Below are positions 49,121 to 59,309 of a stretch of DNA of 64,000 nucleotides, piece by piece. Position 1 is the first letter of the stretch. Each line of letters opens with the position of its first letter. The DNA comes from Bacteroidia bacterium. Lineage in GTDB: Bacteria; Bacteroidota; Bacteroidia; UKL13-3. The position numbers and the translations under genes were made by a program. Where the stretch lies: assembly GCA_025454875.1 (NCBI GenBank), contig JALONP010000004.1, positions 7,484 to 71,483 on the forward strand, given 5' to 3'. Under the pieces are notes generated by a model. It saw only the letters and a list, made by a program, of their open reading frames with translations, was not told the origin of the DNA and made no database searches.

Positions 49121-49963
49121 TTAAGTACCTTCTTCGGGTTCGGAAAACAACTGCTTAAAAATGGCTTTGGTTTGTGCGGTAGCTAGTTCGTGCTTTTGAG
49201 GCAATACAAAAATTTGGTGGTTCTTCAATTTAGATACGAACGCAATTAATTTTCGGGGCGGTGTGATGGCATCGTTTTGCCCTACAATTAAAATGGTAGT
49301 GATTTGGTATTGGTTGAGCAACTTGGCAAAACGCCCGAAATGAGTCGTTAACTTTCGTTGCGCATACCATGTTTGAAATACTTTTTGCATGCGTTGTTTG
49401 TTACCAATAAACTTAGATGTAAACAAATGAACCGATCGGTTAAGTATACCTGCGCGGTGCAACCAATTTACCCAACGCATAAGCGCTTGGTTGTTGTTTA
49501 CAAAATACCGAAACACTGCTAAACCAATTGGGTTGTTTGTGGTAAAATTGAGAAACCGGTTGAATGCAAAAGTAGGTGGGGAGAGCCAAATAAGGTACTG
49601 AATTTGTTGCGGAAAACTGCGCACCAATGCACGTGATAATCGAGCACCCATGCTAAACGAGCAAACAGAAAAGCGTGCTTGCACAATACGCTCTTGTTGT
49701 TGGATACCCTTCACAATATGCTTTAAATCTTGCTCCGAAAAATCATATGTTTCGCGCCAAGCTGATTGCCCATGCCAAAAAAAATCGATGGCAATAACAG
49801 TAAATGTTTTACCTAATACTTCTTCAAAATACAAGTACTCGGCTGCTGTTTGGTTGTATCCATGAAATGCCACCAGCACTTGTGGTCCAGTACCAAAACG
49901 GTAATAAGATACGGTTGAGTTGTGGTATTGAAACAAAAGAGGGTGTTGGGCGCGCGCATTCAT
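49121..49963 (-). CDS. Alpha/beta-fold hydrolase.
   Basis: 'VLVAFHGYNQ' and the nucleophile elbow 'SFSMGARL'. 280 aa. Confidence 0.65.
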   Translation of the reverse strand: MNARAQHPLLFQYHNSTVSYYRFGTGPQVLVAFHGYNQTAAEYLYFEEVLGKTFTVIAIDFFWHGQSAWRETYDFSEQDLKHIVKGIQQQERIVQARFSVCSFSMGARLSRALVRSFPQQIQYLIWLSPPTFAFNRFLNFTTNNPIGLAVFRYFVNNNQALMRWVNWLHRAGILNRSVHLFTSKFIGNKQRMQKVFQTWYAQRKLTTHFGRFAKLLNQYQITTILIVGQNDAITPPRKLIAFVSKLKNHQIFVLPQKHELATAQTKAIFKQLFSEPEEGT

Positions 49964-50011
49964 GCTTTCAAATTACGCAAACAATAGCCAAACTCGCAGG
50001 TAAAGTTTAGG

Positions 50012-50749
50012 TTATAAAACCAAGTTTAATAATTCGCACGCCTTTTCAGATGCCAATTGCTCGGCTTTCTTTTTAGAAATATGCTCGGCAGCTCCAACCA
50101 ATTCACCATTTACTAAAATGCGAACCTTGAATATTTTTTGTTTACGCGAAATCTCTTCGTCACTTTCAAAATCAATGGTGTGGTTGTTTTTTTGTGTCCA
50201 CTCGATGAGCTTACCCTTAAAATTTTTTTCAGTCACTTCAAGCTTATCAATATCGATATGAGGCAACAACTTGTGTTTGATAAATTGTTGCGCTCCTTTA
50301 AAGCCCCTGTCTAAAAAAACGGCTCCAATAAAAGCTTCGAGCGCATTACCAAAGATACTTCCTTTAATATGCATGCCCACTGCCCGCTTATCGTAAGCAA
50401 CAAGCTCATTTAATCCTATTTTTTGTGCAAGGTCATTCAGGCTTTCTCGGCTCACAATTTTGGAACGCATTTCGGTTAAAAAACCTTCATCTTTAAATGG
50501 AAATCGGGCAAACAGTAAATCCGCCACTATGGTGTTTAATACCGAATCGCCTAAGTACTCCAAGCGTTCGTTGCTGTCGCGCACACCCGAGTGGTGAATC
50601 GAATTACTAATAGAGTGATGGCGTAAAGCTTGGGTGTAACAACTAAACTTTACTGGATAAAAACCAGCAATTTTGACCATTTTGGTATACAAAACACGCT
50701 GAGGCGAAAAGTAGCTGTAATAGATACCTGAAACAAAAGCTACTATCAA
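50012..50749 (-). CDS. rnc: Ribonuclease III.
   Basis: RNase III signature 'ERLEYLGDSVLN' and a C-terminal dsRBD. 245 aa. Downstream of fabF, as in many Bacteroidota. Confidence 0.9.
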   Translation of the reverse strand: MIVAFVSGIYYSYFSPQRVLYTKMVKIAGFYPVKFSCYTQALRHHSISNSIHHSGVRDSNERLEYLGDSVLNTIVADLLFARFPFKDEGFLTEMRSKIVSRESLNDLAQKIGLNELVAYDKRAVGMHIKGSIFGNALEAFIGAVFLDRGFKGAQQFIKHKLLPHIDIDKLEVTEKNFKGKLIEWTQKNNHTIDFESDEEISRKQKIFKVRILVNGELVGAAEHISKKKAEQLASEKACELLNLVL

Positions 50750-50761
50750 TTGCTACTCCAA

Positions 50762-52009
50762 TTAAAGTTTGCGGAAGATAACGGTCGCGTTGTGGCCACC
50801 AAAACCAAATGTATTGCTAAGCGCAGCACGAATTGGTCTAGATTGCGCTTTGTTAAGTGTGAGGTTTAAACGCGGGTCAATAGCCTCATCAGGTGTAACA
50901 TGGTTAATGGTTGGAGGAACTGTATCGTGGTGCATTGCCAAAATAGTGGCAATTGCTTCAACCGCACCTGCGCCACCCAACAAGTGGCCAGTCATTGATT
51001 TGGTTGAGCTGATATTCAATTTGTAGGCGTGTTCACCAAATACAGCCGAAATCGCTTTTAATTCGGCAACATCACCTAACGGAGTAGAAGTTCCATGCAC
51101 ATTGATATAATCAATATCTTCCGGCTTCATATTGGCGTCTTGTAAGGCCCAGTTTAATACATTAATTACACCCAAACCTTCTGGATGAGGTGCTGTCATG
51201 TGGTATGCATCTGCACTCATACCTGCACCTACTACTTCACAATATATTTTGGCGCCACGCGCTTTTGCGTGTTCGTATTCTTCTAAAATAATCGCACCGC
51301 TACCCTCGCCTAACACAAAACCATCACGGTCTTTATCAAAAGGACGCGAAGCAGTAGCTGGGTCATCATTGCGTTCCGACAAAGCTTTCATATTGCTAAA
51401 ACCACCCATAGCAGGCTCGTTCACACAAGCTTCCGAACCTCCGGTAATAATAATATCTGACTTGTTTAACCGAATATAGTTAAATGCATCAATCATGGCG
51501 TTGTTTGAAGAGGCACAAGCCGAAACGGTTGTGTAGTTAGGTCCGCCAAAGCCATACTTAATGCTGATAAGACCAGAGGCAATATCGGCAATCATTTTGG
51601 TAATAAAGAATGGTGAGAACCTTGGGGTTCCATCACCACGGGCATACTCAACCGATTCTGCAAAAAAACTGGTGAGTCCGCCAATACCTGATCCCCAAAT
51701 CACACCCACGCGCGATTTGTCGATGGCATCAAGGTTAAGTTTTGAATCGTTAATAGCTTCTTCGCAAGTAACCATCGCAAATTGGGTAAAACGATCCATT
51801 TTGCGGGCTTCCTTGCGGTCAATAAACGACTCAGCCTGGAAGTTTTTTACTTCACAGGCAAATTTGGTTTTGAACTTGGTGGTGTCAAATTGAGTGATTG
51901 GGGCGGCCCCACTCACTCCATTTGACAAGCCAGTCCAATAATCCTGAACATTGTTACCAATGGGCGTAAGCGCACCAAGGCCTGTAACAACTACTCTTCG
52001 GGATGTCAT
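50762..52009 (-). CDS. fabF: Beta-ketoacyl-ACP synthase II.
   Basis: Active-site Cys region 'TVSACASS' and the His-His motifs 'HGTSTPLGD' and 'GHLLGGAG'. 415 aa. Confidence 0.93.
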   Translation of the reverse strand: MTSRRVVVTGLGALTPIGNNVQDYWTGLSNGVSGAAPITQFDTTKFKTKFACEVKNFQAESFIDRKEARKMDRFTQFAMVTCEEAINDSKLNLDAIDKSRVGVIWGSGIGGLTSFFAESVEYARGDGTPRFSPFFITKMIADIASGLISIKYGFGGPNYTTVSACASSNNAMIDAFNYIRLNKSDIIITGGSEACVNEPAMGGFSNMKALSERNDDPATASRPFDKDRDGFVLGEGSGAIILEEYEHAKARGAKIYCEVVGAGMSADAYHMTAPHPEGLGVINVLNWALQDANMKPEDIDYINVHGTSTPLGDVAELKAISAVFGEHAYKLNISSTKSMTGHLLGGAGAVEAIATILAMHHDTVPPTINHVTPDEAIDPRLNLTLNKAQSRPIRAALSNTFGFGGHNATVIFRKL

Positions 52010-52051
52010 GTAAAAGTTGATTTAGAGTGTAAGCGTTGTTTTGGCTACAAA

Positions 52052-52291
52052 TTAGCCTTTTACGTTTTGCTCGATATAGGCGATAGCTTGACCTACCGTG
52101 CCAATTTTCTCAGCTTGATCATCCGGAATAGCGATATTGAATTCCTTTTCGAACTCCATAATCAACTCTACGGTATCCAATGAATCGGCACCTAAATCGT
52201 TTGTGAAATTTGCTTCGTTTGTAATTTCACTTTCTTCAACACCAAGCTTATCGATGATGATGGTTTTTACTCTTGCTGCTACGTCAGACAT
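52052..52291 (-). CDS. acpP: Acyl carrier protein.
   Basis: '[17 protein letters not shown]' phosphopantetheine attachment site. 79 aa, directly upstream of fabF. Confidence 0.92.
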   Translation of the reverse strand: MSDVAARVKTIIIDKLGVEESEITNEANFTNDLGADSLDTVELIMEFEKEFNIAIPDDQAEKIGTVGQAIAYIEQNVKG

Positions 52292-52408
52292 TGTGGTAAT
52301 AATTTAGTTTTGAATGTGCAAATAAAAGGGATTTTTACTCAATTGCGCAAATTTTAAATTTTACATTTTATTCATCTAATTTACACTTGTTTAAACCATA
52401 TTGCAACA

Positions 52409-52825
52409 GTGAAAAAAGTATTCCTAGATATTGGTTACGATTATGACTTTGCATTGCTGGGAATTGTATCACAAGAAAAGCCGCATCGCTTAGCCTGGCT
52501 GCTCAACAACCATTTGGGTATGCAATTTTACCATCATGGTGAACTCGTTTTTTTTGAAGAAGAAAAACCAAAAAACCATTTTACCCGCTACCATTATGCA
52601 GATGAAATTAACCATTTGCAACTGTACATTATCGAAAACAAAGACAACGGAACCTACCTGATACCTGAATTGCGAAACGTAGATTATTTTCTATTACTTA
52701 AAGGAGCCCTCGATTTTGTAGACCCACAAGAGTATATTAATAGCTTAAAACCAGTAGACTCCATTCAGTTGGTTACAGAAATTGATCACCAAAAATTGAA
52801 ATCGAAACAAAACTTAATATTTTAG
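52409..52825 (+). CDS. IPExxxVDY family protein, a conserved Bacteroidota hypothetical.
   Basis: Contains 'IPELRNVDY' (the IPExxxVDY motif). 138 aa. Lies directly upstream of pyk, as is typical for this family. Confidence 0.6.
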   Translation: MKKVFLDIGYDYDFALLGIVSQEKPHRLAWLLNNHLGMQFYHHGELVFFEEEKPKNHFTRYHYADEINHLQLYIIENKDNGTYLIPELRNVDYFLLLKGALDFVDPQEYINSLKPVDSIQLVTEIDHQKLKSKQNLIF

Positions 52826-52865
52826 CAGCATACTTAGTGTATCAAATACATGAAGTAATCACCAT

Positions 52866-54299
52866 ATGAGAAATACCAATTACAACCGTACCAAAATAGT
52901 AGCAACCATTGGTCCAGCAACATCAAGTTACGAAATGTTAAAAGCCATTATAGACGAAGGAGTTGATGTTTGCCGACTCAATTTTTCACATGGCAGTTAC
53001 GATGACCACCGAAAGGTTGTTGAAAATATTCGAAAAGTAAACGAAGATACCCAATCATTTACCGCCATTTTGCTCGACCTGCAAGGACCGAAATTGCGTG
53101 TAGGTGAAATGGAAAATGGCAAAATAGAACTTGTTACTGGCTCTACCATTACCGTCACAACAACCGAAATGGTAAGCACCGCCCAAAAAGTATATGTAAA
53201 GTTTCCAACATTGGCCAAGGATGTATTGCCAGGCGAACGTATTTTACTAGATGATGGAAAGCTGGAACTTGAAGTGGTTAAGTCGAATGGCGTTGACGAA
53301 ATTAACTGCTTGGTTAAGTTTGGTGGTGTGCTCACTTCGCGCAAAGGGTTTAACTTACCCGATACCAACTTGTCTATTCCAGCAATGACCGAAAAAGACA
53401 GGGCTGATTTGGACTTTGGCCTCGAAATGAAAGTGGACTGGATTGGCCTTTCGTTTGTGCGCAAAGCACAAGACATTGTTGAGCTCAAACAAATTATTGA
53501 TGCTCACGAATGGAAACCACGTGTAATTGCCAAAATTGAAAAACCTGAGGCAATGGACAATATTGATGAAATTATTGCTGCAACCGATGCAGTAATGGTA
53601 GCACGTGGCGATTTGGGAGTTGAAATGCCAATGGCACAAGTACCTGTTATCCAAAAACGCATTGTAAAAAAATGCATCGAGGCCAGCAAACCCGTAATTA
53701 TTGCAACCCAAATGATGGAAAGCATGATTACAAACGCCTCGCCTACACGTGCCGAAGTAAATGATATTGCCAACGCGGTAATGGATGGTGCCGATGCGGT
53801 AATGTTAAGTGCCGAAACTTCCGTTGGTGCTTACCCGGTATTGGCGGTGCGCAATATGCAACAAACCGTTGCCGAAGCCGAAAAAACGAATGCTCCTTTT
53901 TTTAAAGGCAAACGCCCCGATGAAAAATCTGCAACGTTTTTAAGTGATGAAATTTGTTTCACAGCGGTTCGCATCTCCGACCACGTGAAAGCCGAAGCCA
54001 TTGTGGGAATGACCTTCTCGGGTTATACCGCATACAAAGTTTCATCCTTTAGGCCAAAAGCCAATATTTATATTTTTACAAGCAATACGCGCCTTATTAA
54101 TACCTTAAGTTTGGTTTGGGGCGTTCGTGCATTTTACTATAAAGGGTTTGATAGTACCGACCAAAGCATTCAAGAAGTAAACCAATTGCTCAAAGAAAAA
54201 GGACTCGTTAAAGCAAAGGACTTGGTGATTAACACCGCAAGTATGCCCATTAAAGAAAGAGCCCGAACCAACGCTATTAAAATTACCGAAATTGAATAG
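52866..54299 (+). CDS. pyk: Pyruvate kinase.
   Basis: 'TKIVATIGPA', 'RLNFSHG', 'IIAKIE', 'MVARGDLGVE', 'TQMLESM'-like motifs. 477 aa. Confidence 0.93.
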   Translation: MRNTNYNRTKIVATIGPATSSYEMLKAIIDEGVDVCRLNFSHGSYDDHRKVVENIRKVNEDTQSFTAILLDLQGPKLRVGEMENGKIELVTGSTITVTTTEMVSTAQKVYVKFPTLAKDVLPGERILLDDGKLELEVVKSNGVDEINCLVKFGGVLTSRKGFNLPDTNLSIPAMTEKDRADLDFGLEMKVDWIGLSFVRKAQDIVELKQIIDAHEWKPRVIAKIEKPEAMDNIDEIIAATDAVMVARGDLGVEMPMAQVPVIQKRIVKKCIEASKPVIIATQMMESMITNASPTRAEVNDIANAVMDGADAVMLSAETSVGAYPVLAVRNMQQTVAEAEKTNAPFFKGKRPDEKSATFLSDEICFTAVRISDHVKAEAIVGMTFSGYTAYKVSSFRPKANIYIFTSNTRLINTLSLVWGVRAFYYKGFDSTDQSIQEVNQLLKEKGLVKAKDLVINTASMPIKERARTNAIKITEIE

Positions 54300-54304
54300 G
54301 GGCT

Positions 54305-54395
54305 TCAGCGAGGTTCGCTTGCTAAAGCTGCACGCACTCGCTGCGCGTGTTCCGCGGTACACGGTACCTTGCTGCACCCGCTAAGCCATTTACCC
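54305..54395. repeat. GC-rich palindromic element in the convergent gap after pyk. Possibly a degenerate, inverted relative of the 32-bp repeat family and/or a bidirectional terminator.
   Basis: 'cagcgag'...'ctcgctg' inverted repeat. Near-palindrome 'gtgttccgcggtacac'. The reverse complement 'gcgaacctcgctgaagc' resembles the repeat unit 'gcgagccttgctccgctgaagc'. No T-tract. Confidence 0.35.
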
Positions 54396-54430
54396 AAGCC
54401 ACATGCCTGCCTCTTGTTTAAAAAAGGGCG

Positions 54431-56497
54431 TCAAATTGTGCCGTTCCACTTGCGCACAAACCACTCAATACCCATAAGTCCAATTAATACAAAGGCTATC
54501 CACTTCAACTCAATCCATGTAAATTGTTCTTGCTGTTCGTACAATACGGGTTTGTTGTTTTCATTGTCTAACAACAACTGTGCAAGTTCATCAAGGTTAT
54601 TTGGGTTAAGGCGTTTACCATTATTTTGCACGGCAAGCTCGTTCAGTAATTGGTGGTTGGCCTTGGTTTGCAACAACTCCAGTTGCAAAGGCATCACTTG
54701 TATATTGCCTTTTACTGGTGGCAACCCACTACCCTTAGCTGTAGCAGTATACGCATAACTACCGGGTGGCAATACCCCAGCATCTAGTTGGTAAGCTGTT
54801 GCTGTTTTGCTAAATGTGTACTCGTACTTCCTCCCTTTTTCATTTACCAATTGCAAACCCACTTCATACGTATTCGAAAGTTCATACGATTCGTTGTATA
54901 CTTCAGCTTCAAACACCACAGGTTCGTTTTCGTTTAAGTTGCTTGCCGATGAAACCCGAAAGCGGTTATTGTTTCCTTTAGCCGCCAAGTATTGAATGCA
55001 TTTACCAACCAGCATATTGGTGGTTTGTTGGTTGCTTAATCCCGCATCATACAAACGCCACTTCCAAAAACCTTCACCCACCAAATATCCTGTTTTACGT
55101 AATGTGTTTTTGGTAAAAAATAACAAAGGATAGGTGGTTGCTACCGAACCAATTTGTTGGGTGAGCAATACATCATGCTCCGTTTTTACATTGTATTGCC
55201 CGTAGGGTGCAAGTAATGGTGGATACTTGCGAATATGCTCCAGGCTGTTTGGATTTAACGTAAACAATGAAAAGGTTGCTTCAATCTTTGGAGTAGCTTC
55301 ATTGGTATTGTTTCTGTTTCCATTTACTTGCAATACCGGTTCGGTAGCATATAAACGGTTCAAAGCGGTTTGCCCTCCTACAATATACCAAATAGGTATG
55401 CCCAATTGTTGCGAACGTTTAATAATGCTTTCTCCTTCACCTTTCATACTTGGTAGTTGGTGCGCAATAAGCAAACTGTATGCACCTATATTGGATAACG
55501 GAAAATCCGCAACCGAAAACGTTTGCACGCTTTGGTTCTCCATTTGTTCAATACTTTGCTTTAAGGCTGTAATATCAGGATGTGCGCTAGCATACACCAA
55601 CGCAATTTTTTGCTTGCCATCAAGCACTTTAATATACACATGGTACGTATTGTTAGCTTGGGTTACCTCATTGGCAAATCCTGTAACACGTATGGTATAA
55701 TGCTGAAGTCCTGTTTTGGTGGCCGTAATCGTAACCGGTAAGGTTGTGTAAAAATTATTGCTTGCAATTGTTATTGGTTGTTTAACCAACACTTGGCCAT
55801 CATGCATTACTGTACAGGTTGTTTGTTTGCCTGCATAACCATCGGCTGCTATAGCTATAGCTAAAGGAAAAGCATTTCCGGCATACACCAATTGGTTGTG
55901 TTTAACTTGTTTAATAAGTACATCTTTTTGTGCATTGCTATCACCAAGTGCAATGGTATAAATAGCAGATTGCAATTGTTGTGCATTTGCCAATGGGCTT
56001 CCACCTGTATTGTACAAACCATCCGAAGCAAGCACAACTGCTCCCAAATTTTGCCGCCCATATGTTGATGCTATATAATCAAATACACCCTCAAGGTTTG
56101 TTTGTTTTTCGGGAGTCTCGGGTTTTTGTGTGGTTACTTTACCTCCAATATAAAGTGTCTCAATATCAAAATCACCCGAAACTTGTTCTTTCAATTGTTG
56201 CAAATTGGTTTCAAGTATTTGTTGTTGCTTGGTATGCATGGCTGCCGACTCAGAGGCATCAAGCGCCAAAACTAAAATAGGCTTTTGCGTGGTGGTGCGT
56301 ATCCAATGCATTAGCGGACCCAAAAGCAACACTCCCAGTACAAACAATAAAATCCCTCTTGCAATAGCCAAAAACCAATTGGCCCAGGTAGGTTTAAGCT
56401 CAAGCGGATTGTTGCGGTATAAAAACCACGCACCCAAAACAGCAATGCCTAAACACACTACCACATACCACAACGAATATTCGGTTGTAAAACTCAC
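54431..56497 (-). CDS. vWA-like domain membrane protein with an N-terminal double-TM region and a C-terminal TM anchor (BatA/TIGR02226-like).
   Basis: Two N-terminal TM helices, then 'ILVLALDASESAAM' (a DxSxS MIDAS-like motif), and a C-terminal TM 'WIAFVLIGLMGIEWFV'. 688 aa. Confidence 0.45.
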   Translation of the reverse strand: MSFTTEYSLWYVVVCLGIAVLGAWFLYRNNPLELKPTWANWFLAIARGILLFVLGVLLLGPLMHWIRTTTQKPILVLALDASESAAMHTKQQQILETNLQQLKEQVSGDFDIETLYIGGKVTTQKPETPEKQTNLEGVFDYIASTYGRQNLGAVVLASDGLYNTGGSPLANAQQLQSAIYTIALGDSNAQKDVLIKQVKHNQLVYAGNAFPLAIAIAADGYAGKQTTCTVMHDGQVLVKQPITIASNNFYTTLPVTITATKTGLQHYTIRVTGFANEVTQANNTYHVYIKVLDGKQKIALVYASAHPDITALKQSIEQMENQSVQTFSVADFPLSNIGAYSLLIAHQLPSMKGEGESIIKRSQQLGIPIWYIVGGQTALNRLYATEPVLQVNGNRNNTNEATPKIEATFSLFTLNPNSLEHIRKYPPLLAPYGQYNVKTEHDVLLTQQIGSVATTYPLLFFTKNTLRKTGYLVGEGFWKWRLYDAGLSNQQTTNMLVGKCIQYLAAKGNNNRFRVSSASNLNENEPVVFEAEVYNESYELSNTYEVGLQLVNEKGRKYEYTFSKTATAYQLDAGVLPPGSYAYTATAKGSGLPPVKGNIQVMPLQLELLQTKANHQLLNELAVQNNGKRLNPNNLDELAQLLLDNENNKPVLYEQQEQFTWIELKWIAFVLIGLMGIEWFVRKWNGTI

Positions 56498-56530
56498 GTT
56501 ACAAAAAGGTGTTGTTCTAAATAATGTTGG

Positions 56531-57277
56531 TTACATTACCATGCCCCCGCACACATTTAACGTTTGCCCGCTAATGTACGCGCTCATATCGCTTGCTAAA
56601 AACAATACTGCATTGGCAACATCCGTTGGACTTCCGCCACGTTTAAGAGCAATACCTTCGCACCATTCTTTGCGTGTTTCTTCAGGAAGCGCTTCAGTCA
56701 TTTCGGTTTCAATAAATCCGGGAGCAATGGCATTGCACCTAATATTGCGTGAGCCCAATTCTTTGGCTACTGATTTGGTTAACCCAATCATACCAGCTTT
56801 AGAAGCAGCATAATTTGCCTGACCTGCATTGCCTGTTATTCCAACAACAGAAGTAATATTGATGATAGACCCTGCGCGGGCTTTCATCATTGGGCGTTGT
56901 ACTGCCTTAATCAATGCAAATGCTGATTTCAAATTGGTATCCATTACTTCGTCCCACATTTGTTCGGTCATGCGCATCATTAAATTATCGCGGGTAATAC
57001 CAGCATTGTTCACCAATACATCAATGCCGCCAAACTCCTTTACAACCATATCAATCAGTTTTTCACCTTCAGCAAACTCGGCAGCATTGCTTTGGTAACC
57101 TATGGCCTTTACGCCTAGGCTGGTAAGCTCTTGCTCAAACGCTTTTGCTTTTTCAACAGAGCTAACAAATGTAAATGCAATATTGGCGCCTGCTTGTGCC
57201 AAGGTAAGGGCAATGCCTTTGCCAATTCCACGGGTAGCACCCGTAACCAAGGCTGTTTTTCCGGCTAGTAATGTCAT
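56531..57277 (-). CDS. fabG: 3-oxoacyl-ACP reductase.
   Basis: 'KTALVTGATRGIGKGIA', 'NNAGI', catalytic 'YAASKAG'. 248 aa. Confidence 0.85.
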   Translation of the reverse strand: MTLLAGKTALVTGATRGIGKGIALTLAQAGANIAFTFVSSVEKAKAFEQELTSLGVKAIGYQSNAAEFAEGEKLIDMVVKEFGGIDVLVNNAGITRDNLMMRMTEQMWDEVMDTNLKSAFALIKAVQRPMMKARAGSIINITSVVGITGNAGQANYAASKAGMIGLTKSVAKELGSRNIRCNAIAPGFIETEMTEALPEETRKEWCEGIALKRGGSPTDVANAVLFLASDMSAYISGQTLNVCGGMVM

Positions 57278-57667
57278 ATGTGGTTTCGTGTTTGATGGTT
57301 AAACCTCAAAAGTACGTGTGCAAGAGGTATTGTGCAAGTATCATCTACGATTGTTATCAATTTGGGGCAATCCCTTGTTAATTTCCTTGATAATGCTAAT
57401 TCTGCTCACGCAGACATGCCATCCGAGGGCTTAAATTAACTATTGTAACAATAACCCAAGCATAATTGGATACAACTTGCGTAAATGATGAAAATACAAT
57501 AACAGGTTTACCGCTCATATGAACTAACAAGATGTTATTAACTTGCCTCGCACACCGAAGACACGTCCGCGTGAACTAGTATTGGTTTTGATACCCAACT
57601 ACATTTTTTACTTGACAATTAGAAAGTTATGTTTAACTTCACATAGCAAATTTTATTGAAATAAAAC

Positions 57668-58210
57668 ATGTTAACCTATTTATTCATTGTGCTATTGTGC
57701 TTGGAGCTTTTTTGCAGTAAAAAACCTGATTCAAGCTCGAATATACCAAAACCGCCAACACCTAATGAACAATTACCGCCCAGTACCACAACAAGCGCAG
57801 GCACGTTTGTTTGCAAAGTAAACGGCAACGCGTGGGTTGCTAAAAGCAATAAAACAGGTTGGCCTCCTACTTATGCATCGGTTAATAGGGCAATAGGCTA
57901 TCAAAAACAAGTAAGTGGTTCGATTATAAATGGTAATAATACCTTTAAAATTATTAGCATGTTATATAAAAATGTTGGTAAGACGGAGTACATTATTGGG
58001 TACAACAATAGTGAGATACCTGTAGGTCAATATGTAGATGCGAACCTCCAGTGGAGAACCGATTCACTTCTTGGGGGGGTAGTACTTTTGAGATACGACA
58101 CATTAAAACAAATCATTTCGGGCACATTTTATTTTGATTGTATTAACAAAGAAACTGGCGAAATACTCAAAATAACCGAAGGTAGATTTGATGGAAATTT
58201 TTTATACTAA
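57668..58210 (+). CDS. Hypothetical lipoprotein; paralog 1 of a tandem pair.
   Basis: Lipobox-like 'LELFCSKK'. Shares '..TTT.AGTF.CKVNG..WVAKSNKTGWPPTYASV' and the C-terminal 'KQIISGTFYFDC.NKET...I.TEGRFD' with the next ORF. Confidence 0.5.
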   Translation: MLTYLFIVLLCLELFCSKKPDSSSNIPKPPTPNEQLPPSTTTSAGTFVCKVNGNAWVAKSNKTGWPPTYASVNRAIGYQKQVSGSIINGNNTFKIISMLYKNVGKTEYIIGYNNSEIPVGQYVDANLQWRTDSLLGGVVLLRYDTLKQIISGTFYFDCINKETGEILKITEGRFDGNFLY

Positions 58211-58224
58211 AAAACTAGAGAGTC

Positions 58225-58800
58225 ATGAAAACAACCCAACTAATCGTTTTTATTTTGATAACTGTATGCAGTTTTAGTTTATGGAGTTGCAAAGATAAGG
58301 ATCCCGACCCTCAACCTGCTCCTCCTTCTCCAAATGTAAAGGAGGAACAATTACCACCCATTACCACAACAGGTGCAGGTACGTTTGGCTGCAAAGTTAA
58401 TGGCAAAGTTTGGGTAGCTAAAAGTAATAAAACTGGTTGGCCTCCAACTTATGCTTCTGTTGATAAGTCAAACAATAGACTAATTAATATAAGTGGTAGT
58501 ATGTTAAAACACCCATCAATTTTTCACATTATTGGACTTCAGTTTTATTATTTAATTAATAAGTCAAACTTTAAACTAAATATATTGACGGATACGGTTC
58601 CATCTGCAAATTATATTGATACGGATAAAAATAAATTTTGGCGTACCGATTCAATCCTCGGTGGAGAAGTTACCCTTATAAATTTTGATACCGTAAAACA
58701 AATTATTTCAGGTACCTTTTATTTTGATTGTGTGAACAAAGAAACAAATGATACGCTTCGTATTACCGATGGAAGATTTGATATGAATTATACATACTAA
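58225..58800 (+). CDS. Hypothetical lipoprotein; paralog 2 of a tandem pair.
   Basis: Signal/lipobox 'ITVCSFSLWSCKDK'. Same conserved N-terminal and C-terminal blocks as 57668..58210. Confidence 0.5.
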   Translation: MKTTQLIVFILITVCSFSLWSCKDKDPDPQPAPPSPNVKEEQLPPITTTGAGTFGCKVNGKVWVAKSNKTGWPPTYASVDKSNNRLINISGSMLKHPSIFHIIGLQFYYLINKSNFKLNILTDTVPSANYIDTDKNKFWRTDSILGGEVTLINFDTVKQIISGTFYFDCVNKETNDTLRITDGRFDMNYTY

Positions 58801-58880
58801 ATAAAAAAACTTAATGAGTGACAATTATTAAATGCATGCAATAACTCACTTATTGACCCAACTAAATAACAACAAAAAAT

Positions 58881-59309
58881 ATGAAAAACCACAAAGCACT
58901 CGGGGTATTATTCCTCTGGGGAGGAACGCTTTTTGCCCAAACCAACCAACAAGTAAATTACATTACACCTAATAATGTACAAACAAAACTCAATTATTAT
59001 TTTTCGGATATAAGCAAATCGCTTATCACCACGGGTGTACTAATGGATAAATCTGCAGGTATTGTAGAGCCTACTAATTTTAATGGTACCGCAGCTTGTG
59101 CCATTGCCAGCACTAATGATTGGTATACTTTATACAAACGTATTGATGGTGCCCGCACCAACACAACGTTTGCTGTACCCTCAGAAGCAACTTTATTTAC
59201 AGATATATACACTCAGAATGCCGAAGATAGAGTACCACTTGGTATTGTGTTTGCTAATTATCATCAAATAAAAGATGGAGCATTAGCAACCAAGCTTGGT
59301 TCACAGTGA
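58881..59309 (+). CDS. N-terminal fragment, with signal peptide, of the downstream T9SS cargo gene; separated from it by a frameshift.
   Basis: 'MKNHKALGVLFLWGGTLFAQ' signal peptide. The stop at 59307-59309 overlaps the GTG at 59306 of the long ORF. The downstream frame is open from 59231. Confidence 0.45.
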   Translation: MKNHKALGVLFLWGGTLFAQTNQQVNYITPNNVQTKLNYYFSDISKSLITTGVLMDKSAGIVEPTNFNGTAACAIASTNDWYTLYKRIDGARTNTTFAVPSEATLFTDIYTQNAEDRVPLGIVFANYHQIKDGALATKLGSQ

